A stretch of DNA of 64,000 bases from Syntrophales bacterium. GTDB lineage: Bacteria > Desulfobacterota > Syntrophia > Syntrophales > UBA2192. Below the pieces are notes generated by a model. That model did not search any database, was not told the origin of the DNA, and worked only from the letters and a program-made list of their open reading frames with translations. The position numbers and the translations under genes are program-made. Below, piece by piece: positions 8,297 to 17,076 of the stretch. Each line of letters begins with the position of its first letter. The first letter of the stretch is position 1. The stretch lies in assembly GCA_035450185.1 (NCBI GenBank), contig DAOTMG010000006.1, positions 27,905 to 91,904 of the forward strand, read 5' to 3'.

Positions 8297-9734
8297 CCTT
8301 GAGGAGCGTTGCGGCGGGAACGGTCTGCCCCGGCGTCATGCCGTTGAGAATCACCGTCTCCTTCAGCCGCTTTTCAGGAACGGCGAGGGCTTTCAGGGCG
8401 TTTTCGACGGTGTCCGTTTTGCCCGTGGACCGGATTCGGACCCGGTTCGGCTGAACGTTGATCTTCCTGGGGTCCTTCAATTCCTGAAAGCCGCCGAAGG
8501 TGTCCTGAAAGGTCTTCTCGTACGGGGGGAAGAGACGCAGGGCGCTCATGCCGTGGAAGGCGAAAACCTGCTTCTCCTTCTGGATGAAATAGGAAAGGAC
8601 CCTCATCGTGCCCTGGCTGCTTCGCACTTCCGAAAGAAGTTGCTGGGAAGGCAACTGGTGAACGGAGCGCGATTCACTCCGGAGGATCTTCGCGTTGGTC
8701 TTGGACACAAACTTTTGCGCGGCATCCGCCGCCGACTGACCGGGGACGCCGGAGAAAAGAATCACGGCATCCTTCTTCGGGCTCATCATCTGGACGACGG
8801 CCGGCGTGTCGTTGACCTTCCAATCCTTCGGCAGGGGAAACTGCAGCCGCTGTCCGGGCCGGTAGTAAACACCCCCCTCTGCGTACCCCTGCCTCGGGTC
8901 GTTTCCGTAGATCATGCCGTCGATGACTCTCAGGTACTTCTCCCGGTCGACCTTCGGGTTTTTCAGGCCCGTTTTCTGCTGCCACTGCCTCGACTGTGAC
9001 CGGACGGCGCTTTCACGATCCACGGGACTCGGGTGGGTGGAAAACCAGCTCGGAAGCCCGCTTTTGTCCTCTCGGGAATCCATTCGCTGCAGGGTTTCGA
9101 AAAAGTCCGCCATACGGGAGGCGTCATATCCCGCCTTCGTGGCATATTCAACCGCCAGGGAGTCGGCTTCCCTTTCATCGTCCCGGCTGAATTTCAAGAA
9201 CAGGACACCGACGCCCATCTGGGCAAGGCTCGACAGGCCGGGGATGCCCAGGACGCTGAGCCCGATATCCAGCCCGAACAGGCCGACTTGGGCCACCTGT
9301 GCCTTGCTGAGCTTCTGTGCCGAGTGACGGGCCGTGACGTGGCCGATCTCATGGCCCATAACCCCTGCCAGCTCGGCCTCACTGTTCAGGGCGGCCAGAA
9401 TTCCCCGGGTGAAATAGATATATCCCCCCGGCGCGGCAAAGGCGTTGACCACCGGGTCGTCGAGGACCTTGAAGTGCCAGTCGAGCGCCGGGCGATGGGA
9501 TAATTTCCCCATGCGCAGCCCCAATTCGCCGACATAGGCCGTCACGCGCTGATCTTCGTAGAGGCCGTACTCTTTGATCACCCCGGTGTCGGATTTCCGG
9601 CCCAGTTGTATCTCTTCCTCTTCACTGACAAGCATGAACTCCTGGCGCCCGCTGACCGGGTTGACGGCACAGGCGACCATCAGTCCGAAGAGGATCCCCA
9701 TCACGACCGAAGAAACAACTTTTTTCCACATCAT
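8277..9734 (-). CDS. M48 family zinc metalloprotease, lipoprotein
   Basis: 485 aa with lipobox LMVAC and zinc motif GHEIGHVTARH. Shows M48/BepA-like N-terminal domain features. Confidence 0.88.
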   Translation of the reverse strand: MMWKKVVSSVVMGILFGLMVACAVNPVSGRQEFMLVSEEEEIQLGRKSDTGVIKEYGLYEDQRVTAYVGELGLRMGKLSHRPALDWHFKVLDDPVVNAFAAPGGYIYFTRGILAALNSEAELAGVMGHEIGHVTARHSAQKLSKAQVAQVGLFGLDIGLSVLGIPGLSSLAQMGVGVLFLKFSRDDEREADSLAVEYATKAGYDASRMADFFETLQRMDSREDKSGLPSWFSTHPSPVDRESAVRSQSRQWQQKTGLKNPKVDREKYLRVIDGMIYGNDPRQGYAEGGVYYRPGQRLQFPLPKDWKVNDTPAVVQMMSPKKDAVILFSGVPGQSAADAAQKFVSKTNAKILRSESRSVHQLPSQQLLSEVRSSQGTMRVLSYFIQKEKQVFAFHGMSALRLFPPYEKTFQDTFGGFQELKDPRKINVQPNRVRIRSTGKTDTVENALKALAVPEKRLKETVILNGMTPGQTVPAATLLKVIEYGR

Positions 9735-10313
9735 TCATCCCCCGGAGTAACGATCGAACTCCTTTCTTCGAGAAGCGGTCACGTCCATCACCGGCATGTC
9801 ATGCTCCACGAAGATCAGTTTATCCGTTTCAAACCCCCATGCCCGTGCTTTTGATATCAGATCATCGCGGATCGCTTCATCCATCACCTTTTCCCGGCTG
9901 AGAATCCAGAGATAGGACCGACTGGGGCCCGTGATCATGGCGTAGGTGTATTCCTCCCGGTCCAGAGCAATGACGTGGTATCCCCCACAGAAAGGGCCTG
10001 AAAAAGACACTTCCAGGCTCCCGATATTCCGATCCCCGCTGAAACGGGCCGTGCCACCGGTCTCCCGCCACTGCCCTTTCCGGGTATCGAAACCCCGGTT
10101 CAGGACTTCGATCTCGCCGCCGCTTCCCCGTGTATATCGAGCCGTCACGTTGCTGAGACCCCGCTCGAAGGGATGATCGAGCCTCGCGATCTCGTACCAG
10201 GTCCCCAGGAACCGTTCGTCGTCAAAACCGCTTACGGCCTGTAGCCCCTTGGGGATCCCGGTACATCCGGCGATCATGAAAAAAAGAATCAGGGTGGATG
10301 TCAGGCCTTTCAT
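9735..10313 (-). CDS. blc: Bacterial lipocalin (outer membrane lipoprotein Blc)
   Basis: 192 aa with lipobox IAGC and lipocalin motif FLGTWYEIARLDHPFERG. Confidence 0.88.
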   Translation of the reverse strand: MKGLTSTLILFFMIAGCTGIPKGLQAVSGFDDERFLGTWYEIARLDHPFERGLSNVTARYTRGSGGEIEVLNRGFDTRKGQWRETGGTARFSGDRNIGSLEVSFSGPFCGGYHVIALDREEYTYAMITGPSRSYLWILSREKVMDEAIRDDLISKARAWGFETDKLIFVEHDMPVMDVTASRRKEFDRYSGG

Positions 10314-10333
10314 GGGTCTTTTCCCGTCCCGGA

Positions 10334-10726
10334 TTATTTTGTCTCCTGGAGGTCGTCTTTGAAGAACCAGAAATCGTACCGGGCCCCCGGCATGTTGCAG
10401 TCTGTCTGGACCTTATAGAGGTCGCCCTTCGTTTCGATCACCGTCCCTTTGCTCTTCCGGTAAAAAAACTTGGCATGGTACATCCGGATGGGCCATTCAC
10501 TGGGGTGCGTGTGGTCGGCCCAGACCTCCGCGCGATCCGAGAAAACGGCCGTGACAAAAGCCGTGATCTTCACAGGGTCACCCTGCTTCTTGAGTTCCGC
10601 CATCCGCTCCATGGTCGTCACATGCCAGAACCCGACGGCGTTCTCCTTGATGACCACGTTTTCCTGCGCGTGGCTGACACCGGCTAAAAACAACAACAGC
10701 AACGAGAATAGGACGATTTTTTTCAT
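10334..10726 (-). CDS. Hypothetical secreted protein
   Basis: 130 aa with a cleavable signal peptide (MKKIVLFSLLLLFLAGVSHA). No recognisable motif. SD GGGAGG lies upstream. Confidence 0.6.
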   Translation of the reverse strand: MKKIVLFSLLLLFLAGVSHAQENVVIKENAVGFWHVTTMERMAELKKQGDPVKITAFVTAVFSDRAEVWADHTHPSEWPIRMYHAKFFYRKSKGTVIETKGDLYKVQTDCNMPGARYDFWFFKDDLQETK

Positions 10727-10765
10727 GCCTTCAGACCTCCCTGGTGGATTGGATGTGCCTATGTA

Positions 10766-10786
10766 TCACATTCCAAATGAATGTGA
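10766..10786. promoter_or_regulatory. Perfect 8-5-8 inverted repeat (candidate operator) in the promoter region of the secreted hypothetical gene
   Basis: TCACATTC-caaat-GAATGTGA, read directly from the sequence. It overlaps a weak TTCACA-16-TACATA promoter-like match on the minus strand, 40-60 nt upstream of ATG 10726. Confidence 0.4.
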
Positions 10787-10835
10787 ACGTTTTTTGTTCT
10801 TCCCTTCAAATCCGTTCTGGAAACGGGCAGAACCC

Positions 10836-10866
10836 AAAAAAGGGGCTGCCGATAAATCGCAGCCCC
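10836..10866 (-). terminator. Intrinsic terminator after tRNA-Pro
   Basis: Minus strand GGGGCUGC-GAUUUAUCG-GCAGCCCC (8-bp stem) followed by UUUUUU, 10 nt downstream of the tRNA 3' end. Confidence 0.75.
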
Positions 10867-10876
10867 CTGGCGTCCA

Positions 10877-10953
10877 TGGTCGGGGCGGCCCGATTTGAAC
10901 GGGCGGCATCCTGCTCCCAAAGCAGGCGCGCTACCAGGCTGCGCTACGCCCCG
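10877..10953 (-). tRNA. tRNA-Pro (anticodon UGG)
   Basis: Minus strand CGGGGCGTAGCGCAGCCTGGTAGCGCGCCTGCTTTGGGAGCAGGATGCCGCCCGTTCAAATCGGGCCGCCCCGACCA. Clean cloverleaf (7/4/5/5-bp stems), anticodon loop TTTGGGA, encoded CCA, 77 nt. Confidence 0.93.
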
Positions 10954-10965
10954 ATCTCGAATAAA

Positions 10966-11092
10966 GAAGTTGAGAAGATAAGAAGGTATGAAGTTGAGAA
11001 CAGTGCAATGTGGATGAATCTCCAAACTTAAAATATCCGATCTTCTCAGCTTCCGATCTTCTTAACTTCTGATCTTCCTGACTTCCGTCCTT
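10966..11092. repeat. Inverted arrays of 8-nt-period GAAG repeats flanking a ~40-nt spacer
   Basis: Plus strand 10966-11005: GAAGttga GAAGataa GAAGgtat GAAGttga GAACagtg. Minus strand 11092-11036: GAAGtcag GAAGatca GAAGttaa GAAGatcg GAAGctga GAAGatcg. Arms 10966-10993 and 11042-11069 are about 22/28 complementary. The right arm overlaps the last codons and stop of rdgB. Confidence 0.6.
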
Positions 11093-11721
11093 GTGATCCA
11101 CTCCCTGAACCCGGCAAAGGCCCTTCCCCTGTGGCTGACGACATTTTTCACGTCGGGGAGGAGTTCCGCCGCCGTATGCCCGAGACCCGGGTCTTCAAAA
11201 ACCGGGTCATACCCGAATCCTCTTTCGCCCCGCGGCTCGAAGACGATTCTCCCGGGCCAGCGGCCTTCGAAGGTCTCGCAGGTTCCGTCGGGACGGAAAA
11301 AGACAAGGACGCACCGGAACACGGCGGTCCGCTTTTCCAGCGGAACGCCCTGGAGTTCCCGAAGCAGTTTGTCGATGTTTTTTTCATCCGTCGCATCGAG
11401 ACCGGCGTAACGGGAGGAATAAATCCCCGGGGCGCCGCCCAGCGCGTCGACTTCGAGGCCCGAGTCGTCGGCAAGCACCGCCTCCCCGGTGATCCCCGAA
11501 ACCGTCCGGGCCTTGATCAGGGCGTTCTCGAGAAAGTTGTTCCCCTCTTCCGGAATGTCCGGGACGTCAGGGAAATCCGCGAGCGACAGGATCTCCAGGT
11601 CGCAATCCCGGAACATGGATTTGAGTTCGCCGACTTTGCCCTGATTTCTGGTTGCCAGTACGATCTTCAGCGGACCAGGTCCCCCGCAAGCTCGATCTGT
11701 TTGCCCGTCAGATAGGCGCAT
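11062..11721 (-). CDS. rdgB: dITP/XTP pyrophosphatase (RdgB/HAM1 family)
   Basis: KIVLATRNQGKVGELK..., FGYDPVF, and VSHRGRA motifs. Start is uncertain. ATG 11721 overlaps rph by 55 nt. The only in-frame alternative next to the conserved KIVLAT is CTG 11670, in a CTGA overlap with the rph stop. Confidence 0.88.
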   Translation of the reverse strand: MRLSDGQTDRACGGPGPLKIVLATRNQGKVGELKSMFRDCDLEILSLADFPDVPDIPEEGNNFLENALIKARTVSGITGEAVLADDSGLEVDALGGAPGIYSSRYAGLDATDEKNIDKLLRELQGVPLEKRTAVFRCVLVFFRPDGTCETFEGRWPGRIVFEPRGERGFGYDPVFEDPGLGHTAAELLPDVKNVVSHRGRAFAGFREWITRTEVRKIRS

Positions 11722-12392
11722 CCCTGAAGGGCGAGGTCGGTCATCCGGTCGTGAAGATCCCGGGGAAAGGGCATCGCTTCCGCGGTTCCCTGGATCTCGA
11801 CGAAAAGGCCGTCCCGGGTCACCACGAAATTCATGTCCACCTCGGCCGAAGAATCCTCCCCGTAGTCGAGATCCAGAAGAAGCCGTCCCCCCACGAGACC
11901 CACGCTCACGGCGGAGACCAAATTTTTGACCGGCATCTGACGGATCATCCCCAGCGCATTCATTTTCCGGAAGGCCTGGATCAGAGCGAGGCAGCCGCCG
12001 GTGATGGCCGCACTACGGGTGCCGCCGTCGGCCTGAACGACGTCGCAGTCGACGATCACGGTCCGTTCCCCGAAGGCCTGCAGATCCGTGACGGCCCGAA
12101 GCGAACGGCCGATGAGCCGCTGGATTTCGAGGGTCCTCCCGCCCTGCCGGCCCCGTACGGCCTCCCGGGGGCTCCGGACATGGGTCGATCCGGGAATCAT
12201 GGCGTATTCGGCGGTGACCCATCCCCTTCCCGTGTTCTTCAAAAAGGGCGGCACCGATTCGTCGATGGAGGCCGTGCAGAGGACCCTCGTGTTCCCCATC
12301 TCGATCTGGACGGATCCCGCGGGATGCCTGAGAACATCCCCGGTGATCTTCACCTTCCGCATCTCGTTCCACTGTCGCCCGTCGGATCTCAT
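11667..12392 (-). CDS. rph: Ribonuclease PH
   Basis: 241 aa, MRSDGRQWNEMRKVKITGDVLRHPAGSVQIEMGNTRVLCTAS..., full-length RNase PH-like. Confidence 0.95.
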   Translation of the reverse strand: MRSDGRQWNEMRKVKITGDVLRHPAGSVQIEMGNTRVLCTASIDESVPPFLKNTGRGWVTAEYAMIPGSTHVRSPREAVRGRQGGRTLEIQRLIGRSLRAVTDLQAFGERTVIVDCDVVQADGGTRSAAITGGCLALIQAFRKMNALGMIRQMPVKNLVSAVSVGLVGGRLLLDLDYGEDSSAEVDMNFVVTRDGLFVEIQGTAEAMPFPRDLHDRMTDLALQGCAYLTGKQIELAGDLVR

Positions 12393-13097
12393 CTAAAAAA
12401 ATTCCTTGATCGATTCGCTCAGGGCATGGGCGAGGAAACGCTGCATCCCTTCGTCCGTGAGTTTCTTGCGGTCCTTCGAATTCGTGGCAAAACCGACTTC
12501 CAGGACGACGGCCGGGATGTTGAGACCCTGCAGGACCAGGACGGGCCCTTCACGGAGCCCCCGATCCATCCGGGGAAAGACCTTGTCCAGGTGGGACTGG
12601 AGGATTTTGGCGAAGCGGACGCTTTCGTTGAGATGCTGGGTCCGGACCATGTCCTTGACGATCTCCGTCGGGGCACCCCGGGTTCCCTTCGCGGACGCCG
12701 ATGTCCGGAATCCCTGGAAATAGACCTCATAGCCCGACGACTCCCGGTCGAACCCCGCGTTGACATGGATGCTCAGAAACAGGTCCGCCTCCGACTTGAT
12801 GGCTTCCCGGACCCGGTCGGAGCGGGGCACATCGATATCCCCCAGTCTCGAAAGGCGCACCCGTACCTTCCTGGATCCTTCGAATTCCTTTTCGACGAGC
12901 CGCGCGACGGTCAGGGTCAGGTCCTTCTCGAAAAGACCCGTCGAGAGCCTCACGCCGTCGTCCCGCCCGCCATGAGCCGGATCGATCAGGACGACGTAAC
13001 GCCCTTCCCGGTCCTTCCCGTCCCCGGCGGCGGGAAAGAGGGCGAGCCCGATCAGGAAAAACAGGGCCAGCAGAATCGGTCGAGCGGTTTTTTTCAT
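12393..13097 (-). CDS. N-acetylmuramoyl-L-alanine amidase (Amidase_3 family)
   Basis: VVLIDPAHGGRDDG and LSIHVNA motifs, with signal peptide MKKTARPILLALFFLIGLALF. Start trimmed to ATG 13097, which is preceded by GGAGAG. The ORF-track start at 13166 is an upstream extension. Confidence 0.88.
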   Translation of the reverse strand: MKKTARPILLALFFLIGLALFPAAGDGKDREGRYVVLIDPAHGGRDDGVRLSTGLFEKDLTLTVARLVEKEFEGSRKVRVRLSRLGDIDVPRSDRVREAIKSEADLFLSIHVNAGFDRESSGYEVYFQGFRTSASAKGTRGAPTEIVKDMVRTQHLNESVRFAKILQSHLDKVFPRMDRGLREGPVLVLQGLNIPAVVLEVGFATNSKDRKKLTDEGMQRFLAHALSESIKEFF

Positions 13098-13136
13098 AAC
13101 GATTTCTTCTCTCCGCAAGGGGTTCAGGGGTAGATG

Positions 13137-13166
13137 CTTATACTGCAATCCCCCGTTTCCTGTCAA
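13137..13166 (-). promoter_or_regulatory. Sigma70-like promoter upstream of amidase-rph-rdgB
   Basis: Minus strand TTGACA (13166-13161), 18 nt spacer, TATAAG (13142-13137). Motif match only. Confidence 0.4.
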
Positions 13167-13180
13167 CGGGCAAGGCCGCG

Positions 13181-15355
13181 TCAGTGCATCTTCTTCTTGT
13201 CGGTCTTGAGGTCCGAGACCCTCACCCGTTCAACGGAAATCACGCTTTTGAGTTTCTTCAAGACCGCCACGACCTCGTTGAAGTGCTTGAGGTCTCGGAC
13301 ATCGAGATCGAACTCGCAGACGGCGATCTTGTCCGGTGTCGTGTCGACGGTGGCATGGCTGATGTTGATGTCGAGGGCGGAGATGCCTGCGCTCAGCTCC
13401 GCCAGGAGGCCTTTCTTGTCGTGGCAGACCACCCGCATGTGAACGGGGAAGGTCTGCTTGTCCCGGACGTTCCAGTGGACCTCGAGAAGTCTTTCCGCAT
13501 CCAGGTCCTGCACCATCGGGCAATTGGTCGTGTGGACGATCATTCCCCGGCCCCTCGAAATGTGCCCGATGACCTCATCCCCCGGCAGGGGGTTGCAGCA
13601 CTTGGCGAACCTGACCATGATGTCGTCGATGCCGGTGATCGAGATGCCGGCCGATTCGGGTTTCTTGAACTTCTTGAGAATCTTCTCCGGGAGGGAATCT
13701 TCCCGCTTCTCCTCGCCGGGCAGAAAACGGTTGACGATGGAACGGGCCGAAACCTTCCCGTAGCCGATGAGCGCCATGATGTCGTCGACGTCCGTGACGG
13801 ACTGCTCCTCGCAGATCTTCTTCAGCTCATCCGATTTGAGAACCTGGGCGAACTTCATGTGGTGTTTCCGGAACTCCTTCTCGAGGATGTCCCGGCCCAG
13901 GGCGATGCTCCGGTTCCTCTCTTCCGTCTTGATCCATGCCTTGATCTTCGAAATGGCCCGGGGAGTCACGGCGTACTTGAGCCAGTCCTTGCTGGGGTGG
14001 TGACCGGCCTGGGTGACGATCTCGACGGTGTCCCCGTTCTGCAGTTCGTATTTCAGCGGGACCAGGTTGCGGTTTACGCGGGCGCCGATGCACTGGTTCC
14101 CCACGTCGGTGTGGATGCTGTAGGCGAAATCGATCGGCGTCGCCCCCTTGGGGAAGGCCTTCACCTCTCCCTTTGGGGTGAAGACGTAAACCTCGTCGGG
14201 GAACAGCGCGACCTTCAGGTTCCGCATGAACTCCCTCGGGTCTTTCAGCTCCTGCTGGACCTCGAGAAGATCCCGGAGTTTGCGGATCTGCTCTTCGTCG
14301 CGGCGCCGCAGCATGTCGCCTTCCTTGTAGCGCCAGTGAGCCGCGATCCCCGATTCGGCCCACAGGTGCATCTCCCGGGTCCGGATCTGGATCTCCAGCC
14401 GCTCCCCGTAAGGGCCGATGACGGTCGTGTGCAGGGAACGGTAGTTGTTCGCCTTGGGCATGGCGATATAATCCTTGAAGCGGCCCGGGACGGGCTTCCA
14501 CAGGGCGTGGACCACGCTCAGCGCTTCGTAGCACTCTTTCACCTTGTTGGAATGGAGAATGATCCGAAAGGCGAGAAGATCGTACACCTCGTCGAAATCG
14601 ATCTGCTGTTCCTGCATCTTCCGGTAGATGCTGAAATAATGCTTGGCCCGTCCTTCGACTTCCCCCTCCAGCCCGTAGTTCCGGATCTCCTTCTCGATGA
14701 TCTCTCGAATCTCTTTCGTGTATTTCTCCCGTCCCTCTTTCTTCATGGCGATCCGCCGCGCCAGATCCTGAAACTCCAGGGGCTGGAGATGCATGAAGGC
14801 CAGGTCCTCCAGTTCCGTTTTCATCCAGTTGATGCCCAGCCGGTTGGCGAGCGGCGCGTAGAGGTCAAGGGTTTCGCGGGCGATATATCGCTGGCGGTCC
14901 TGTGCCTGGTACTGCAGTGTGCGCATGTTGTGGAGCCGGTCGGCCAGGCGGACCAGGATGATACGGATGTCCGAAGACATGGCCAGGAGCATCTTCCTGA
15001 AATTTTCCGCCTGACGCTCCTGCTGGCTGGCGAGCGTGATCTTGCTGATCTTCGTGAGGCCGTCGACGAGAAAGGCCACCTCCTTCCCGAAGGCTTTTTC
15101 GATCTCATCGAGAGAGGCCAGGGTGTCCTCGACGGTGTCGTGAAGAATGCCGGTCGCGATGGATGCGGCGTCCATGTGCATGTCCGCCAGCACGTTTGCC
15201 ACTTCCATGGGGTGGGTCAGGTAAGGCTCACCGGAAAGCCGCAGCTGTCCCTGATGAACCGAGGCGGAGAAGATGTAGGCCTTCTCGATCATCTCGAGAT
15301 CGGACGGTTCGGCGTATCGCTGCACTTTTTCCAGGATGTCCGTGATCCGGATCAT
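13181..15355 (-). CDS. relA: Bifunctional (p)ppGpp synthetase/hydrolase (RelA/SpoT homolog)
   Basis: 724 aa with an HD hydrolase domain (HPMEVA...ILHDTVEDT), a synthetase domain (YRSLHTTV), and TGS and ACT regions. Its start ATG overlaps the proS stop (ATGA). Confidence 0.95.
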   Translation of the reverse strand: MIRITDILEKVQRYAEPSDLEMIEKAYIFSASVHQGQLRLSGEPYLTHPMEVANVLADMHMDAASIATGILHDTVEDTLASLDEIEKAFGKEVAFLVDGLTKISKITLASQQERQAENFRKMLLAMSSDIRIILVRLADRLHNMRTLQYQAQDRQRYIARETLDLYAPLANRLGINWMKTELEDLAFMHLQPLEFQDLARRIAMKKEGREKYTKEIREIIEKEIRNYGLEGEVEGRAKHYFSIYRKMQEQQIDFDEVYDLLAFRIILHSNKVKECYEALSVVHALWKPVPGRFKDYIAMPKANNYRSLHTTVIGPYGERLEIQIRTREMHLWAESGIAAHWRYKEGDMLRRRDEEQIRKLRDLLEVQQELKDPREFMRNLKVALFPDEVYVFTPKGEVKAFPKGATPIDFAYSIHTDVGNQCIGARVNRNLVPLKYELQNGDTVEIVTQAGHHPSKDWLKYAVTPRAISKIKAWIKTEERNRSIALGRDILEKEFRKHHMKFAQVLKSDELKKICEEQSVTDVDDIMALIGYGKVSARSIVNRFLPGEEKREDSLPEKILKKFKKPESAGISITGIDDIMVRFAKCCNPLPGDEVIGHISRGRGMIVHTTNCPMVQDLDAERLLEVHWNVRDKQTFPVHMRVVCHDKKGLLAELSAGISALDINISHATVDTTPDKIAVCEFDLDVRDLKHFNEVVAVLKKLKSVISVERVRVSDLKTDKKKMH

Positions 15356-17076
15356 GAAAGTTTCCGCAGTCCCCTCTTCACCATTCCGGCGACACGGGCC
15401 GGGATTTTTTCGAGCTTCATCGGCGTTGTCTTGCCGGTCTTGCGGATCATCACTTCCGCCTCGCCCTCGGCGAGCTTCCTGGGGCCGATGGTGATGCGGA
15501 TCGGAACCCCGATGAGGTCCGCGTCGTTGAATTTGACGCCGGCCCGCTCATCCCGGTCGTCCAGCAAGACCTCGATGCCCTTCCGCCGGAGCGCCTCGTA
15601 GAGCTGTTCCGCCGTTTCCGCCAGCGCCTTGTCATTGACGTTCACCGGGACGATCAGCACATGGAAAGGAGATACCGACAGGGGCCAGGAGATCCCCCGT
15701 TCGTCATTGTTCTGCTCGATGATCGCCGCGACGGTCCTCCCGACACCGATGCCGTAACAGCCCATAACCATGTACTGCTCTTTGCCGTTCCTGTCGAGAT
15801 AGGTCGCCCGCATGGTCTTGCTGTACTTGTCCCCCAGCTTGAAGACGTGCCCTACCTCGATCCCCCGGGCAAACCGCAGACGGGCGCCGCACCGGGGGCA
15901 GGGGTCCGTTTTCTTGATGACACGGAGGTCGGCGAAGGTCTTGACCTGAAAGTCGCGGCCGTCATTGGCGTTTTTCACGTGGTAGTCCTCCCTGTTCCCG
16001 CCCATGACCACATTGACCATGTTCATCAGGGAGTAGTCTGAATAGATGTCCGCCTTGATCCCGATGGCGCCCGCGAAACCCTTCGGCGCGCCCGTCACTT
16101 CCAGGACGATGTCGTCTGTGGCCATTTCCAGGATGTCGGATCCGAGGAAGCTTCTCAGTTTGGCCTCGTTTACTTCCTCGTCGCCTCGGATCAGGACGGC
16201 CACGGGCCTGTCGTCGGCCTGAAAGATCAGCGTCTTCACGATCTGCTCCGGTTTGACCTTCAGGAACCGGCTGACCTCCTCGATCGTGCGGACATCGGGC
16301 GTATGAACCCACTCGAGGGGGCGCAGGACGGAAGGGTCGACAGCCTTCTTCTCCGGCGGGGCCACTTCGGCCTTTTCCAGATTCGCCGCGTAGGTGCACT
16401 TCGTACAGAAAACGAGTTCCCCCTCCCCCGTGTCGGCAATGACCATGAACTCATGGGAGAAACTGCCGCCGATATTGCCCGTATCCGCTTCGACGGCCCG
16501 GAACTTGAGACCCATACGGCTGAAGATCCGGCTGTAAGCGTCATACATTTTCTGGTAGCTGATGTCCGCACCCTGCTGGTCCACGTCGAAGCTGTAGGCG
16601 TCCTTCATGTCGAACTCCCGGCAGCGCATGACTCCGAACCGGGGCCGGATCTCGTCCCTGAATTTCGTCTGGATCTGGTAGAGGTTCCGGGGAAGCTGGC
16701 GATAGGTCTTGATTTCGTTGCGCACCAGGTCCGTGATGACCTCCTCGTGGGTCGGGCCGATGCAGCATTCACGCTGATGGCGGTCTTTGAACCGGAGAAG
16801 CTCCTTCCCGTACATTTTCCAGCGACCCGACTCCTGCCAGAGCTCGGCGGGCTGAACGGCCGGAAGGTACACCTCCTGGGCGCCGGCACGATCCATCTCT
16901 TCGCGGATGATCTCCTCCACTTTCTTCACGACACGGTAACCGAGGGGCAGGACCGAGTACACGCCCGTGGTCAGTTTCCGGATCATCCCGGCCCGGATCA
17001 TCAGTTTATGGCTCGCGATTTCCGCATCCGAGGGCGTTTCCCTCACGGTCGGCAGGAACATCTCAGAGTATCGCAT
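15352..17076 (-). CDS. proS: Prolyl-tRNA synthetase (bacterial type with editing insertion)
   Basis: MRYSEMFLPTVRETPSDAEIASHKLMIRAGMIRKL..., with class II motifs. The ORF-track start at 17097 is a TTG. The ATG at 17076 matches the canonical ProS N-terminus. Confidence 0.95.
   Translation of the reverse strand: MRYSEMFLPTVRETPSDAEIASHKLMIRAGMIRKLTTGVYSVLPLGYRVVKKVEEIIREEMDRAGAQEVYLPAVQPAELWQESGRWKMYGKELLRFKDRHQRECCIGPTHEEVITDLVRNEIKTYRQLPRNLYQIQTKFRDEIRPRFGVMRCREFDMKDAYSFDVDQQGADISYQKMYDAYSRIFSRMGLKFRAVEADTGNIGGSFSHEFMVIADTGEGELVFCTKCTYAANLEKAEVAPPEKKAVDPSVLRPLEWVHTPDVRTIEEVSRFLKVKPEQIVKTLIFQADDRPVAVLIRGDEEVNEAKLRSFLGSDILEMATDDIVLEVTGAPKGFAGAIGIKADIYSDYSLMNMVNVVMGGNREDYHVKNANDGRDFQVKTFADLRVIKKTDPCPRCGARLRFARGIEVGHVFKLGDKYSKTMRATYLDRNGKEQYMVMGCYGIGVGRTVAAIIEQNNDERGISWPLSVSPFHVLIVPVNVNDKALAETAEQLYEALRRKGIEVLLDDRDERAGVKFNDADLIGVPIRITIGPRKLAEGEAEVMIRKTGKTTPMKLEKIPARVAGMVKRGLRKLS

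Noticed and set aside
13184-15601. 805-aa plus-strand ORF antisense to relA and proS
   Set aside because: It is a shadow ORF created by the high GC3 of the real minus-strand genes. There are no domain signatures, and it spans two unrelated genes.
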